Shown: piece after piece, positions 24,721 to 37,999 of the stretch | How the letters are laid out: the number at the start of each line of letters is the position of its first letter | Position numbering within the stretch: the stretch's first letter is position 1 | Source of the DNA: Eledone cirrhosa | Taxonomy: Eukaryota | Direction of reading: 5' to 3' | DNA: 64,000 nt | NCBI GenBank assembly: GCA_964016885.1 | Contig: OZ024744.1 | Span: 23,250,001-23,314,000, forward strand | Position numbers and translations under genes: made by a program | Notes under the pieces: model-generated | The model's database searches: none | What the model saw: the letters and a program-made list of their open reading frames with translations, nothing else | What the model was told of the DNA's origin: nothing

Positions 24721-27700
24721 AAAACAAGTTTTATTTGAAGATTCAACTGTTGTTAAAACGAGTCAGTTATTAAGTTTGCACTGTTGTTAAAACGAATCAG
24801 TTCTTAACATTCAACTATTGTTAAAACGAATTTTATCTTAAGATTCAACTGTTGTTAAGACGAGTTTTATCTTAAGATTCAGCTGTTGTTAAAACGAGTC
24901 GGTTCTTAAGGTTGAACTGTTGATAAAACGAGTCAGTTCTTAAGATTCAACTGTTGTTAAAACGAGTTTTATCTAAAGATTCAGCTGTTGTTAAAATGAG
25001 TCATTTCTTAAGATTCAACTGTTGTTAAAACGAGTTTTATCTTAAGATTCAACTGTTGTTAAAACGAGTCAGTTCTTAAGATTCAACTATTGTTAAAACG
25101 AGTTTTATTTGAAGATTCAACTGTTGTTAAAACGAGTCAGTTCTTAAGGTTGAACTGTTGATAAAACGAGTCAGTTCTTAAGATTCAACTGTTGTTAAAA
25201 CGAGTTTTATCTTAAGATTCATCTGTTGTTAAAACGAGTCAGTTCTTAAGATTCAACTGTTGTTAAAACGAGTTTTATCTTAAGATTCAACTGTTGTTAA
25301 AACGAATTTTATCTTAAGATGCAACTGTTGTTAAAACGAATCAGTTCTTAAGATTCAACTGTTGTTAAAACGAGTTTATTTGAAGATTCAACTGTTGTTA
25401 AGATGAGTCAGTTCTTAAGGTTGAACTGCTGATAAAACGAGTCAGTTCTTAAGATTCAACTGTTGATAAAACGAGTCAGTTCTTAAGTTTCAACTCTTGT
25501 TAAAACAAGTTTTATCTTAAGATTCAACTGTTGTTAAAACGAGTTTATCTTAAGATTCAGCTATTGTTAAAACGAATCAGTTCTTAAGATTCAACTGTTG
25601 TTAAAACGAGTTTTATTTGAAGATTCAACTGTTGTTAAAACGAGTCAGTTCTTAAGGTTGAACTGTTGATAAAACGAGTCAGTTCTTATGATTCAACTGT
25701 TGTTAAAACGAGTTTTATCTTAAGATTCATCTGTTGTTAAAACGAGTTTTATCTTAAGATTCAGCTGTTGTTAAAACGAGTTTATTTGAAGATTCAACTG
25801 TTGTTAAGATGAGTCAGTTCTTAAGGTTGAACTGCTGATAAAACAAGTCAGTTCTTAAGATTCAACTGTTGTTAAAACGAGTTTTATCTTAAGATATAGC
25901 TGTTGTTAAAACGAGTCAGTTCTTAAGATTCAACTGTTGTTAAAACGAGTTTATCTTAAAATTCAGCTGTTGTTAAAACGAGTTAGTTCTTAAGATTCAA
26001 CTGTTGTTAAAACGAGTCATTTCTTAAGGTTGAACTGTTGATAAAACGAGTCAGTTCTTACGATTCAACTGTTGTTAAAACGAGTTTTATCTTAAGATTC
26101 AGCTGTTGTTAAAACGAGTAAATTCTTAAGATTCAACTGTTGTTAAAACGAGTTTTATCTTAAGATTCAACTGTTGTTAAAACGAGTTTATCTTAGGATT
26201 CAGCTGTTGTTAACACGAATCAGTTCTTAAGATTCAACTGTTGTTAAAACGAGTTTTATTTGAAGATTTAACTGTTGTTAAAATGAGTCAGTACTTAAGG
26301 TTGAACTGTTGATAAAGCGAGTCAGTTGTTAAGAATCAACTGTTGTTAAAACGAGTTTTATCTTAAGATTCAGCTGTTGTTAAAACGAGTCAGTTCTTAA
26401 GATTCAAATGTTGTTAACACGAGTTTTATCTTAAGATTCAACTGATGTTAAAACGAGTTTATCTTAAGATTCAGCTGTCGTTAAAACAAATCAGTTCTTA
26501 AGATTCAACTGTTGTTAAAACGAGTTTTATTTGAAGATTCAACTGTTGTTAAAATGAGTCAGTCCTTAAGGTTGAACTGTTGATAAAACGAGTTAGTTCT
26601 TAAGAGTCAACTGTTGTTAAAACGAGTTTTATCTTAAGATTCAGCTGTTGTTAAAACGAGTCAGTTCTTAAGATTCAACTGTTGTTAAAACGAGTTTTAT
26701 CTTAAGATTCAACTGTTATTAAAACGAGTCAGTTCTTAAGATTCAACTGTTGTTAAAACGAGATTTATCTTAAGATTCAAATGTTGTTAAAACGAGTTTT
26801 ATCTTAAGATTCATCTGTTGTTAAACGAATCAGTTCTTATGATTCAACTGTTGTTAAAACGAGTTTTATTTGAAGATTCAACTGTTGTTAAAACGAGTCA
26901 GTTCTTAAGATTCAACTGTTGTTAAAACGAGTTTTATCTTAAGATTCAGCTGTTGTTAAAACGAGTCAGTTCTTAAGATTCAACTGTTGTTAAAACGAGT
27001 TTTATCTTAAGATTCAACTGTTGTTAAAATGAGTTTTATCATAAGATTCAACTGTTGTTAAAACGAGTCAGTTCTTAAGATTCAACTGTTGTTAAAACAA
27101 GTTTTATTTGAAGATTCAACTGTTGTTAAAACGAGTCAGTTATTAAGTTTGCACTGTTGTTAAAACGAATCAGTTCTTAACATTCAACTATTGTTAAAAC
27201 GAATTTTATTTTAAGATTCAACTGTTGTTAAGACGAGTTTTATCTTAAGATTCAGCTGTTGTTAAAACGAGTCGGTTCTTAAGGTTGAACTGTTGATAAA
27301 ACGAGTCACTTCTTAAGATTCAACTGTTGTTAAAACGAGTTTTATCTTAAGATTCAACTGTTGTTAAAACGAGTCAGTTCTTAAGATTCAACTGTTGTTA
27401 AAACGAGTTTTATTTGAAGATTCAACTGTTGTTAAAACGAGTCAGTTCTTAAGGTTGAACTGTTGATAAAACGAGTCAGTTCTTAAGATTCAACTGTTGT
27501 TAAAACGAGTTTTATCTTAAGATTCATCTCTTGTTAAAACGAGTCAGTTCTTAAGATTCAACTGTTGTTAAAACGAGTTTTATCTTAAGATTCAACTGTT
27601 GTTAAAACGAGTTTTATCTTAAGATGCAACTGTTGTTAAAACGAATCAGTTCTTAAGATTCAACTGTTGTTAAAACGAGTTTATTTGAAGATTCAACTGT

Positions 27701-30700
27701 TGTTAAGATGAGTCAGTTCTTAAGGTTGAACTGCTGATAAAACGAGTCAGTTCTTAAGATTCAACTGTTGATAAAACGAGTCAGTTCTTAAGATTCAACT
27801 CTTGTTAAAACGAGTTTTATCTTAAGATTCAACTGTTGTTAAAACGAGTTTATCTTAAGATTCAGCTATTGTTAAAACGAATCAGTTCTTAAGATTCAAC
27901 TGTTGTTAAAACGAGTCAGTTCTTAAGGTTGAACTGTTGATAAAACGAGTCAGTTCTTACGATTCAACTGTTGTTAAAACGAGTTTTATCTTAAGATTCA
28001 GCTGTTGTTAAAACGAGGCAGTTCTTAAGATTCAACTGTTGTTAAAACGAGTTTTATCTTAAGATTCAACTGTTGTTAAAACGAGTTTATCTTAAGATTC
28101 AGCTGTTGTTAACACGAATCAGTTCTTAAGATTCAACTGTTGTTAAAACAAGTTTTATTTGAAGATTCAACTGTTGTTAAAACGAGTCAGTTATTAAGTT
28201 TGCACTGTTGTTAAAACGAATCAGTTCTTAACATTCAACTATTGTTGAAACGAATTTTATCTTAAGATTCAACTGTTGTTAAGACGAGTTTTATCTTAAG
28301 ATTCAGCTGTTGTTAAAACGAGTCGGTTCTTAAGGTTGAACTGTTGATAAAACGAGTCAGTTCTTAAGATTCAACTGTTGTTAAAACGAGTTTTATCTAA
28401 AGATTCAGCTGTTGTTAAAATGAGTCATTTCTTAAGATTCAACTGTTGTTAAAACGAGTTTTATCTTAAGATTCAACTGTTGTTAAAACGAGTCAGTTCT
28501 TAAGATTCAACTATTGTTAAAACGAGTTTTATTTGAAGATTCAACTGTTGTTAAAACGAGTCAGTTCTTAAGGTTGAACTGTTGATAAAACGAGTCAGTT
28601 CTTAAGATTCAACTGTTGTTAAAACGAGTTTTATCTTAAGATTCATCTGTTGTTAAAACGAGTCAGTTCTTAAGATTCAACTGTTGTTAAAACGAGTTTT
28701 ATCTTAAGATTCAACTGTTGTTAAAACGAATTTTATCTTAAGATGCAACTGTTGTTAAAACGAATCAGTTCTTAAGATTCAACTGTTGTTAAAACGAGTT
28801 TATTTGAAGATTCAACTGTTGTTAAGATGAGTCAGTTCTTAAGGTTGAACTGCTGATAAAACGAGTCAGTTCTTAAGATTCAACTGTTGATAAAACGAGT
28901 CAGTTCTTAAGTTTCAACTCTTGTTAAATCAAGTTTTATCTTAAGATTCAACTGTTGTTAAAACGAGTTTATCTTAAGATTCAGCTATTGTTAAAACGAA
29001 TCAGTTCTTAAGATTCAACTGTTGTTAAAACGAGTTTTATTTGAAGATTCAACTGTTGTTAAAACGAGTCAGTTCTTAAGGTTGAACTGTTGATAAAACG
29101 AGTCAGTTCATATGATTCAACTGTTGTTAAAACGAGTTTTATCTTAAGATTCATCTGTTGTTAAAACGAGTTTTATCTTAAGATTCAGCTGTTGTTAAAA
29201 CGAGTTTATTTGAAGATTCAACTGTTGTTAAGATGAGTCAGTTCTTAAGGTTGAACTGCTGATAAAACAAGTCAGTTCTTAAGATTCAACTGTTGTTAAA
29301 ACGAGTTTTATCTTAAGATATAGCTGTTGTTAAAACGAGTCAGTTCTTAAGATTCAACTGTTGTTAAAACGAGTTTATCTTAAAATTCAGCTGTTGTTAA
29401 AACGAGTTAGTTCTTAAGATTCAACTGTTGTTAAAACGAGTCATTTCTTAAGGTTGAACTGTTGATAAAACGAGTCAGTTCTTACGATTCAACTGTTGTT
29501 AAAACGAGTTTTATCTTAAGATTCAGCTGTTGTTAAAACGAGTAAATTCTTAAGATTCAACTGTTGTTAAAACGAGTTTTATCTTAAGATTCAACTGTTG
29601 TTAAAACGAGTTTATCTTAGGATTCAGCTGTTGTTAACACGAATCAGTTCTTAAGATTCAACTGTTGTTAAAACGAGTTTTATTTGAAGATTTAACTGTT
29701 GTTAAAATGAGTCAGTACTTAAGGTTGAACTGTTGATAAAGCGAGTCAGTTGTTAAGAATCAACTGTTGTTAAAACGAGTTTTATCTTAAGATTCAGCTG
29801 TTGTTAAAACGAGTCAGTTCTTAAGATTCAAATGTTGTTAACACGAGTTTTATCTTAAGATTCAACTGATGTTAAAACGAGTTTATCTTAAGATTCAGCT
29901 GTCGTTAAAACAAATCAGTTCTTAAGATTCAACTGTTGTTAAAACGAGTTTTATTTGAAGATTCAACTGTTGTTAAAATGAGTCAGTCCTTAAGGTTGAA
30001 CTGTTGATAAAACGAGTTAGTTCTTAAGAGTCAACTGTTGTTAAAACGAGTTTTATCTTAAGATTCAGCTGTTGTTAAAACGAGTCAGTTCTTAAGATTC
30101 AACTGTTGTTAAAACGAGTTTTATCTTAAGATTCAACTGTTATTAAAACGAGTCAGTTCTTAAGATTCAACTGTTGTTAAAACGAGTTTTATCTTAAGAT
30201 TCAAATGTTGTTAAAACGAGTTTTATCTTAAGATTCATCTGTTGTTAAACGAATCAGTTCTTATGATTCAACTGTTGTTAAAACGAGTTTTATTTGAAGA
30301 TTCAACTGTTGTTAAAACGAGTCAGTTCTTAAGATTCAACTGTTGTTAAAACGAGTTTTATCTTAAGATTCAGCTGTTGTTAAAACGAGTCAGTTCTTAA
30401 GATTCAACTGTTGTTAAAACGAGTTTTATCTTAAGATTCAACTGTTGTTAAAATGAGTTTTATCATAAGATTCAACTGTTGTTAAAACGAGTCAGTTCTT
30501 AAGATTCAACTGTTGTTAAAACAAGTTTTATTTGAAGATTCAACTGTTGTTAAAACGAGTCAGTTATTAAGTTTGCACTGTTGTTAAAACGAATCAGTTC
30601 TTAACATTCAACTATTGTTAAAACGAATTTTATTTTAAGATTCAACTGTTGTTAAGACGAGTTTTATCTTAAGATTCAGCTGTTGTTAAAACGAGTCGGT

Positions 30701-31630
30701 TCTTAAGGTTGAACTGTTGATAAAACGAGTCACTTCTTAAGATTCAACTGTTGTTAAAACGAGTTTTATCTAAAGATCCAGCTGTTGTTAAAATGAGTCA
30801 GTTCTTAAGATTCAACTGTTGTTAAAACGAGTTTTATCTTAAGATTCAACTGTTGTTAAAACGAGTCAGTTCTTAAGATTCAACTGTTGTTAAAACGAGT
30901 TTTATTTGAAGATTCAACTGTTGCTAAAACGAGTCAGTTCTTAAGGTTGAACTGTTGATAAAACGAGTCAGTTCTTAAGATTCAACTGTTGTTAAAACGA
31001 GTTTTATCTTAAGATTCATCTCTTGTTAAAACGAGTCAGTTCTTAAGATTCAACTGTTGTTAAAACGAGTTTTATCTTAAGATTCAACTGTTGTTAAAAC
31101 GAGTTTTATCTTAAGATGCAACTGTTGTTAAAACGAATCAGTTCTTAAGATTCAACTGTTGTTAAAACGAGTTTATTTGAAGATTCAACTGTTGTTAAGA
31201 TGAGTCAGTTCTTAAGGTTGAACTGCTGATAAAACGAGTCAGTTCTTAAGATTCAACTGTTGATAAAACGAGTCAGTTCTTAAGATTCAACTCTTGTTAA
31301 AACGAGTTTTATCTTAAGATTCAACTGTTGTTAAAACGAGTTTATCTTAAGATTCAGCTATTGTTAAAACGAATCAGTTCTTAAGATTCAACTGTTGTTA
31401 AAACGAGTCAGTTCTTAAGGTTGAACTGTTGATAAAACGAGTCAGTTCTTACGATTCAACTGTTGTTAAAACGAGTTTTATCTTAAGATTCAGCTGTTGT
31501 TAAAACGAGGCAGTTCTTAAGATTCAACTGTTGTTAAAACGAGTTTTATCTTAAGATTCAACTGTTGTTAAAACGAGTTTATCTTAAGATTCAGCTGTTG
31601 TTAACACGAATCAGTTCTTAAGATTCAACT
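24720..31630 (+). repeat. Tandem duplication, 3424-bp unit (101 monomers); second copy has 2 extra monomers (3492 bp)
   Basis: TTTGCAC 24775/28199 and 27148/30572, GATATAGC 25893/29317 and GTACTTAAG 26291/29715 recur at +3424. GAGGCAG 28015/31507 recurs at +3492, after a 68-bp indel near 30750-30820. Confidence 0.92.
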
Positions 31631-34600
31631 GTTGTTAAAACGAGTTTTATTTGAAGATTCAACTGTTGTTAAAATGAGTCAGTTCTTAAGGTTGAACTGT
31701 TGATAAAGCGAGTCAGTTGTTGTTGTTAAAACGAGATTTATCTTAAGATTCAGCTGTTGTTAAAACGAGTCAGTTCTTAAGATTCAAATGTTGTTAACAC
31801 GAGTTTTATCTTAAGATTCAACTGTTGTTAAAACGAGTTTATCTTAAGATTCAGCTGTTGTTAAAACGAATCAGTTCTTAAGATTCAACTGTTGTTAAAA
31901 CGAGTTTTATTTGAAGATTCAACTGTTGTTAAAATGAGTCAGTCCTTAAGGTTGAACTGTTGATAAAACGAGTCAGTTCTTAAGATTCAACTGTTGTTAA
32001 AACGAGTGTTATCTTAAGATTCAGCTGTTGTTAAAACGAGTCAGTTCTTAAGATTCAACTGTTGTTAAAACGAGTTTTATCTTAAGATTCCACTGTTGTT
32101 ATAACGAGTTTTATCTAAAGATTCAACTGTTGTTAAACGAATCAGTTCTTATGATTCAACTGTTGTTAAAACGAGTTTTATTTGAAGATTCAACTGTTGT
32201 TAAAACGAGTCAGTTCTTAAGATTCAACCGTTGTTAAAACGAGTTTTATCTTAAGATTCAGCTGTTGTTAAAACGAGTCAGTTCTTAAGATTCAACTGTT
32301 GTTAAAACGAGTTTTATTTGAAGATTCAACTGTTGTTAAAACGAGTCAGTTCTTATGGTTGAACTGTTGTTAAAACGAGTCAGTTCTTAAGATTCAACTG
32401 TTGTTAAAACGAGTTTTATCTAAAGATTCAGCTGTTGTTAAAATGAGTCAGTTCTTAAGATTCAACTGTTGTTAAAACGAGTTTTATCTTAAGATTCAAC
32501 TGTTGTTAAAACGAGTCAGTTCTTAAGATTCAACTGTTGTTAAAACGAGTTTTATTTGAAGATTCAACTGTTGTTAAAACGAGTCAGTTCTTAAGTTTGA
32601 ACTGTTGATAAAACGAGTCAGTTCTTAAGATTCAACTGTTGTTAAAACGAGACAGTTCTTAAGATTCAACTGTTGTTAAAACGAGACAGTTCTTAACATT
32701 CAACTATCGTTAAAGCGAATTTTATCTTAAGATTCAACTGCTGTTAAGACGAGTTTTATCTTAAGATTCAGCTGTTGTTAAAACGAGTCAGTTCTTAAGG
32801 TTGAACTGTTGATAAAACGAGTCAGTTCTTAAGATTCAACTGTTGTTAAAACGAGTTTTATCTTAAGATTCAGCTGTTGTTAAAACGAGTCAGTTCTTAA
32901 GATTCAACTGTTGTTAAAACGAGTTTTATCTTAAGATTCAACTGTTGTTAAACGAATCAGTTCTTATGATTCAACTGTTGTTAAAACGAGTTTTATTTGA
33001 AGATTCAACTGTTGTTAAAACGAGTCAGTTCTTAAGATTCAACCGTTGTTAAAACGAGTTTTATCTTAAGATTCAGCTGTTGTTAAAACGAGTCAGTTCT
33101 TAAGATTCAACTGTTGTTAAAACGAGTTTTATCTAAAGATTCAGCTGTTGTTAAAATGAGTCAGTTCTTAAGATTCAACTGTTGTTAAAACGAGTTTTAT
33201 TTGAAGATTCAACTGTTGTTAAAACGAGTCAGTTCTTAAGGTTGAACTGTTGATAAAACGAGTCAGTTCTTAAGATTCAACTGTTGTTAAAACGAGACAG
33301 TTCTTAAGATTCAACTGTTGTTAAAACGAGACAGTTCTTAAGATTCAACTGTTGTTAAAACGAGTTTTATCTTAAGATTCAACTGTTGTTAAAATGAGTT
33401 TTATCATAAGATTCAACTGTTGTTAAAACGAGTCAGTTCTTAAGATTCAACTGTTGTTAAAACAAGTTTTATTTGAAGATTCAACTGTTGTTAAAACGAG
33501 TCAGTTATTAAGTTTGCACTGTTGTTAAAACGAATCAGTTCTTAACATTCAACTATCGTTAAAACGAATTTTATCTTAAGATTCAACTGTTGTTAAGACG
33601 AGTTTTATCTTAAGATTCAGCTGTTGTTAAAACGAGTCATTTCTTAAGGTTGAACTGTTGATAAAACGAGTCAGTTCTTAAGATTCAACTGTTGTTAAAA
33701 CGAGTTTTATCTTAAGATTCAACTGTTGTTAAAACGAGTCAGTTCTTAAGATTCAACTGTTGTTAAAACGAGTTTTATTTGAAGATTCAACTGTTGTTAA
33801 AACGAGTCAGGTCTTAAGGTTGAACTGTTGATAAAACGAGTCAGTTCTTAAGATTCAACAGTTGTTAAAACGAGTTTTATCTTAAGATTTAGCTGTTGTT
33901 AAAACGAGTCAGTTCTTAAGATTCAACTGTTGTTAAAACGAGTTTATCTTCAAATTCAGCTGTTGTTAAAACGAGTCAGTTCTTAAGATTCAACTGTTGT
34001 TAAAACGAGTTTTATTTGAAGATTCAACTGTTGTTAAAACGAGTCAGTTCTTAAGGTTGAACTGTTGATAAAACGAGTCAGTTCTTAAGATTCAACTGTT
34101 GTTAAAACGAGTTTTATCTTAAGATTCATCTGTTGTTAAAACGAGTCAGTTCTTAAGATTCAACTGTTGTTAAAACGAGTTTTATCTTAAGATTCAACTG
34201 TTGTTAAAACGAGTTTTATCTTAAGATGCAACTGTTGTTAAAACGAATCAGTTCTTAAGATTCAACTGTTGTTAAAACGAGTTTATTTGAAGATTCAACT
34301 GTTGTTAAGATGAGTCAGTTCTTAAGGTTGAACTGCTGATAAAACGAGTCAGTTCTTAAGATTCAACTGTTGATAAAACGAGTCAGTTCTTAAGATTCAA
34401 CTCTTGTTAAAACGAGTTTTATCTTAAGATTCAACTGTTGTTAAAACGAGTTTATCTTAAGATTCAGCTATTGTTAAAACGAATCAGTTCTTAAGATTCA
34501 ACTGTTGTTAAAACGAGTCAGTTCTTAAGGTTGAACTGTTGATAAAACGAGTCAGTTCTTACGATTCAACTGTTGTTAAAACGAGTTTCATCTTAAGATT

Positions 34601-37600
34601 CAGCTGTTGTTAAAACGAGGCAGTTCTTAAGATTCAACTGTTGTTAAAACGAGTTTTATCTTAAGATTCAACTGTTGTTAAAACGAGTTTATCTTAAGAT
34701 TCAGCTGTTGTTAACACGAATCAGTTCTTAAGATTCAACTGTTGTTAAAACGAGTTTTATTTGAAGATTCAACTGTTGTTAAAATGAGTCAGTTCTTAAG
34801 GTTGAACTGTTGATAAAGCGAGTCAGTTGTTGTTGTTAAAACGAGATTTATCTTAAGATTCAGCTGTTGTTAAAACGAGTCAGTTCTTAAGATTCAAATG
34901 TTGTTAACACGAGTTTTATCTTAAGATTCAACTGTTGTTAAAACGAGTTTATCTTAAGATTCAGCTGTTGTTAAAACGAATCAGTTCTTAAGATTCAACT
35001 GTTGTTAAAACGAGTTTTATTTGAAGATTCAACTGTTGTTAAAATGAGTCAGTCCTTAAGGTTGAACTGTTGATAAAACGAGTCAGTTCTTAAGATTCAA
35101 CTGTTGTTAAAACGAGTGTTATCTTAAGATTCAGCTGTTGTTAAAACGAGTCAGTTCTTAAGATTCAACTGTTGTTAAAACGAGTTTTATCTTAAGATTC
35201 AACTGTTATTAAAACGAGTCAGTTCTTAAGATTCAACTGTTGTTAAAACGAGTTTTATCTTAAGATTCAACTGTTGTTAAAATGAGCTTATCTTAAGATT
35301 CAGTTGTTGTTAAAACGAATCAGTTCTTAAGATTCAACTGTTGTTCAAACGAGTTTAATTTGAAGATTCAACTGTTGTTAAAATGAGTCAGTTCTTAAGG
35401 TTGAACTGTTAATAAAACGACTCAGTTCTTAAGATTCAACTGTTGTAAAACGAGTTTTATCTTAAGATTCAACTGTTATTAAAACGAGTCAGTTCTTAAG
35501 ATTCAACTGTTGTTAAAACGAGTTTTATCTTAAGATTCCACTGTTGTTATAACGAGTTTTATCTAAAGATTCAACTGTTGTTAAACGAATCAGTTCTTAT
35601 GATTCAACTGTTGTTAAAACGAGTTTTATTTGAAGATTCAACTGTTGTTAAAACGAGTCAGTTCTTAGGATTCAACCGTTGTTAAAACGAGTTTTATCTT
35701 AAGATTCAGCTGTTGTTAAAACGAGTCAGTTCTTAAGATTCAACTGTTGTTAAAACGAGTTTTATTTGAAGATTCAACTGTTGTTAAAACGAGTCAGTTC
35801 TTATGGTTGAACTGTTGTTAAAACGAGTCAGTTCTTAAGATTCAACTGTTGTTAAAACGAGTTTTATCTAAAGATTCAGCTGTTGTTAAAATGAGTCAGT
35901 TCTTAAGATTCAACTGTTGTTAAAACGAGTTTTATCTTAAGATTCAACTGTTGTTAAAACGAGTCAGTTCTTAAGATTCAACTGTTGTTAAAACGAGTTT
36001 TATTTGAAGATTCAACTGTTGTTAAAACGAGTCAGTTCTTAAGTTTGAACTGTTGATAAAACGAGTCAGTTCTTAAGATTCAACTGTTGTTAAAACGAGA
36101 CAGTTCTTAAGATTCAACTGTTGTTAAAACGAGACAGTTCTTAACATTCAACTATCGTTAAAGCGAATTTTATCTTAAGATTCAACTGCTGTTAAGACGA
36201 GTTTTATCTTAAGATTCAGCTGTTGTTAAAACGAGTCAGTTCTTAAGGTTGAACTGTTGATAAAACGAGTCAGTTCTTAAGATTCAACTGTTGTTAAAAG
36301 GAGTTTATCTTAAGATTCAGCTGTTGTTAAAACGAGTCAGTTCTTAAGATTCAACTGTTGTTAAAACGAGTTTTATCTTAAGATTCAACTGTTGTTAAAC
36401 GAATCAGTTCTTATGATTCAACTGTTGTTAAAACGAGTTTTATTTGAAGATTCAACTGTTGTTAAAACGAGTCAGTTCTTAAGATTCAACCGTTGTTAAA
36501 ACGAGTTTTATCTTAAGATTCAGCTGTTGTTAAAACGAGTCAGTTCTTAAGATTCAACTGTTGTTAAAACGAGTTTTATCTAAAGATTCAGCTGTTGTTA
36601 AAATGAGTCAGTTCTTAAGATTCAACTGTTGTTAAAACGAGTTTTATTTGAAGATTCAACTGTTGTTAAAACGAGTCAGTTCTTAAGGTTGAACTGTTGA
36701 TAAAACGAGTCAGTTCTTAAGATTCAACTGTTGTTAAAACGAGACAGTTCTTAAGATTCAACTGTTGTTAAAACGAGACAGTTCTTAAGATTCAACTGTT
36801 GTTAAAACGAGTTTTATCTTAAGATTCAACTGTTGTTAAAATGAGTTTTATCATAAGATTCAGCTGTTGTTAAAACGAGTCAGTTCTTAAGATTCAACTG
36901 TTGTTAAAACAAGTTTTATTTGAAGATTCAACTGTTGTTAAAACGAGTCAGTTATTAAGTTTGCACTGTTGTTAAAACGAATCAGTTCTTAACATTCAAC
37001 TATCGTTAAAACGAATTTTATCTTAAGATTCAACTGTTGTTAAGACGAGTTTTATCTTAAGATTCAGCTGTTGTTAAAACGAGTCATTTCTTAAGGTTGA
37101 ACTGTTGATAAAACGAGTCAGTTCTTAAGATTCAACTGTTGTTAAAACGAGTTTTATCTTAAGATTCAACTGTTGTTAAAACGAGTCAGTTCTTAAGATT
37201 CAACTGTTGTTAAAACGAGTTTTATTTGAAGATTCAACTGTTGTTAAAACGAGTCAGTTCTTAAGGTTGAACTGTTGATAAAACGAGTCAGTTCTTAAGA
37301 TTCAACAGTTGTTAAAACGAGTTTTATCTTAAGATTTAGCTGTTGTTAAAACGAGTCAGTTCTTAAGATTCAACTGTTGTTAAAACGAGTTTTATCTTAA
37401 GATTCAACTGTTGTTAAAACGAGTCAGTTCTTAAGATTCAACTGTTGTTAAAACGAGTTTTATTTGAAGATTCAACTGTTGTTAAAACGAGTCAGTTCTT
37501 AAGTTTGAACTGTTGATAAAACGAGTCAGTTCTTAAGATTCAACTGTTGTTAAAACGAGACAGTTCTTAAGATTCAACTGTTGTTAAAACGAGACAGTTC

Positions 37601-37999
37601 TTAACATTCAACTATCGTTAAAGCGAATTTTATCTTAAGATTCAACTGCTGTTAAGACGAGTTTTATCTTAAGATTCAGCTGTTGTTAAAACGAGTCAGT
37701 TCTTAAGGTTGAACTGTTGATAAAACGAGTCAGTTCTTAAGATTCAACTGTTGTTAAAACGAGTTTTATCTTAAGATTCAGCTGTTGTTAAAACGAGTCA
37801 GTTCTTAAGATTCAACTGTTGTTAAAACGAGTTTTATCTTAAGATTCAACTGTTGTTAAACGAATCAGTTCTTATGATTCAACTGTTGTTAAAACGAGTT
37901 TTATTTGAAGATTCAACTGTTGTTAAAACGAGTCAGTTCTTAAGATTCAACCGTTGTTAAAACGAGTTTTATCTTAAGATTCAGCTGTTGTTAAAACGA

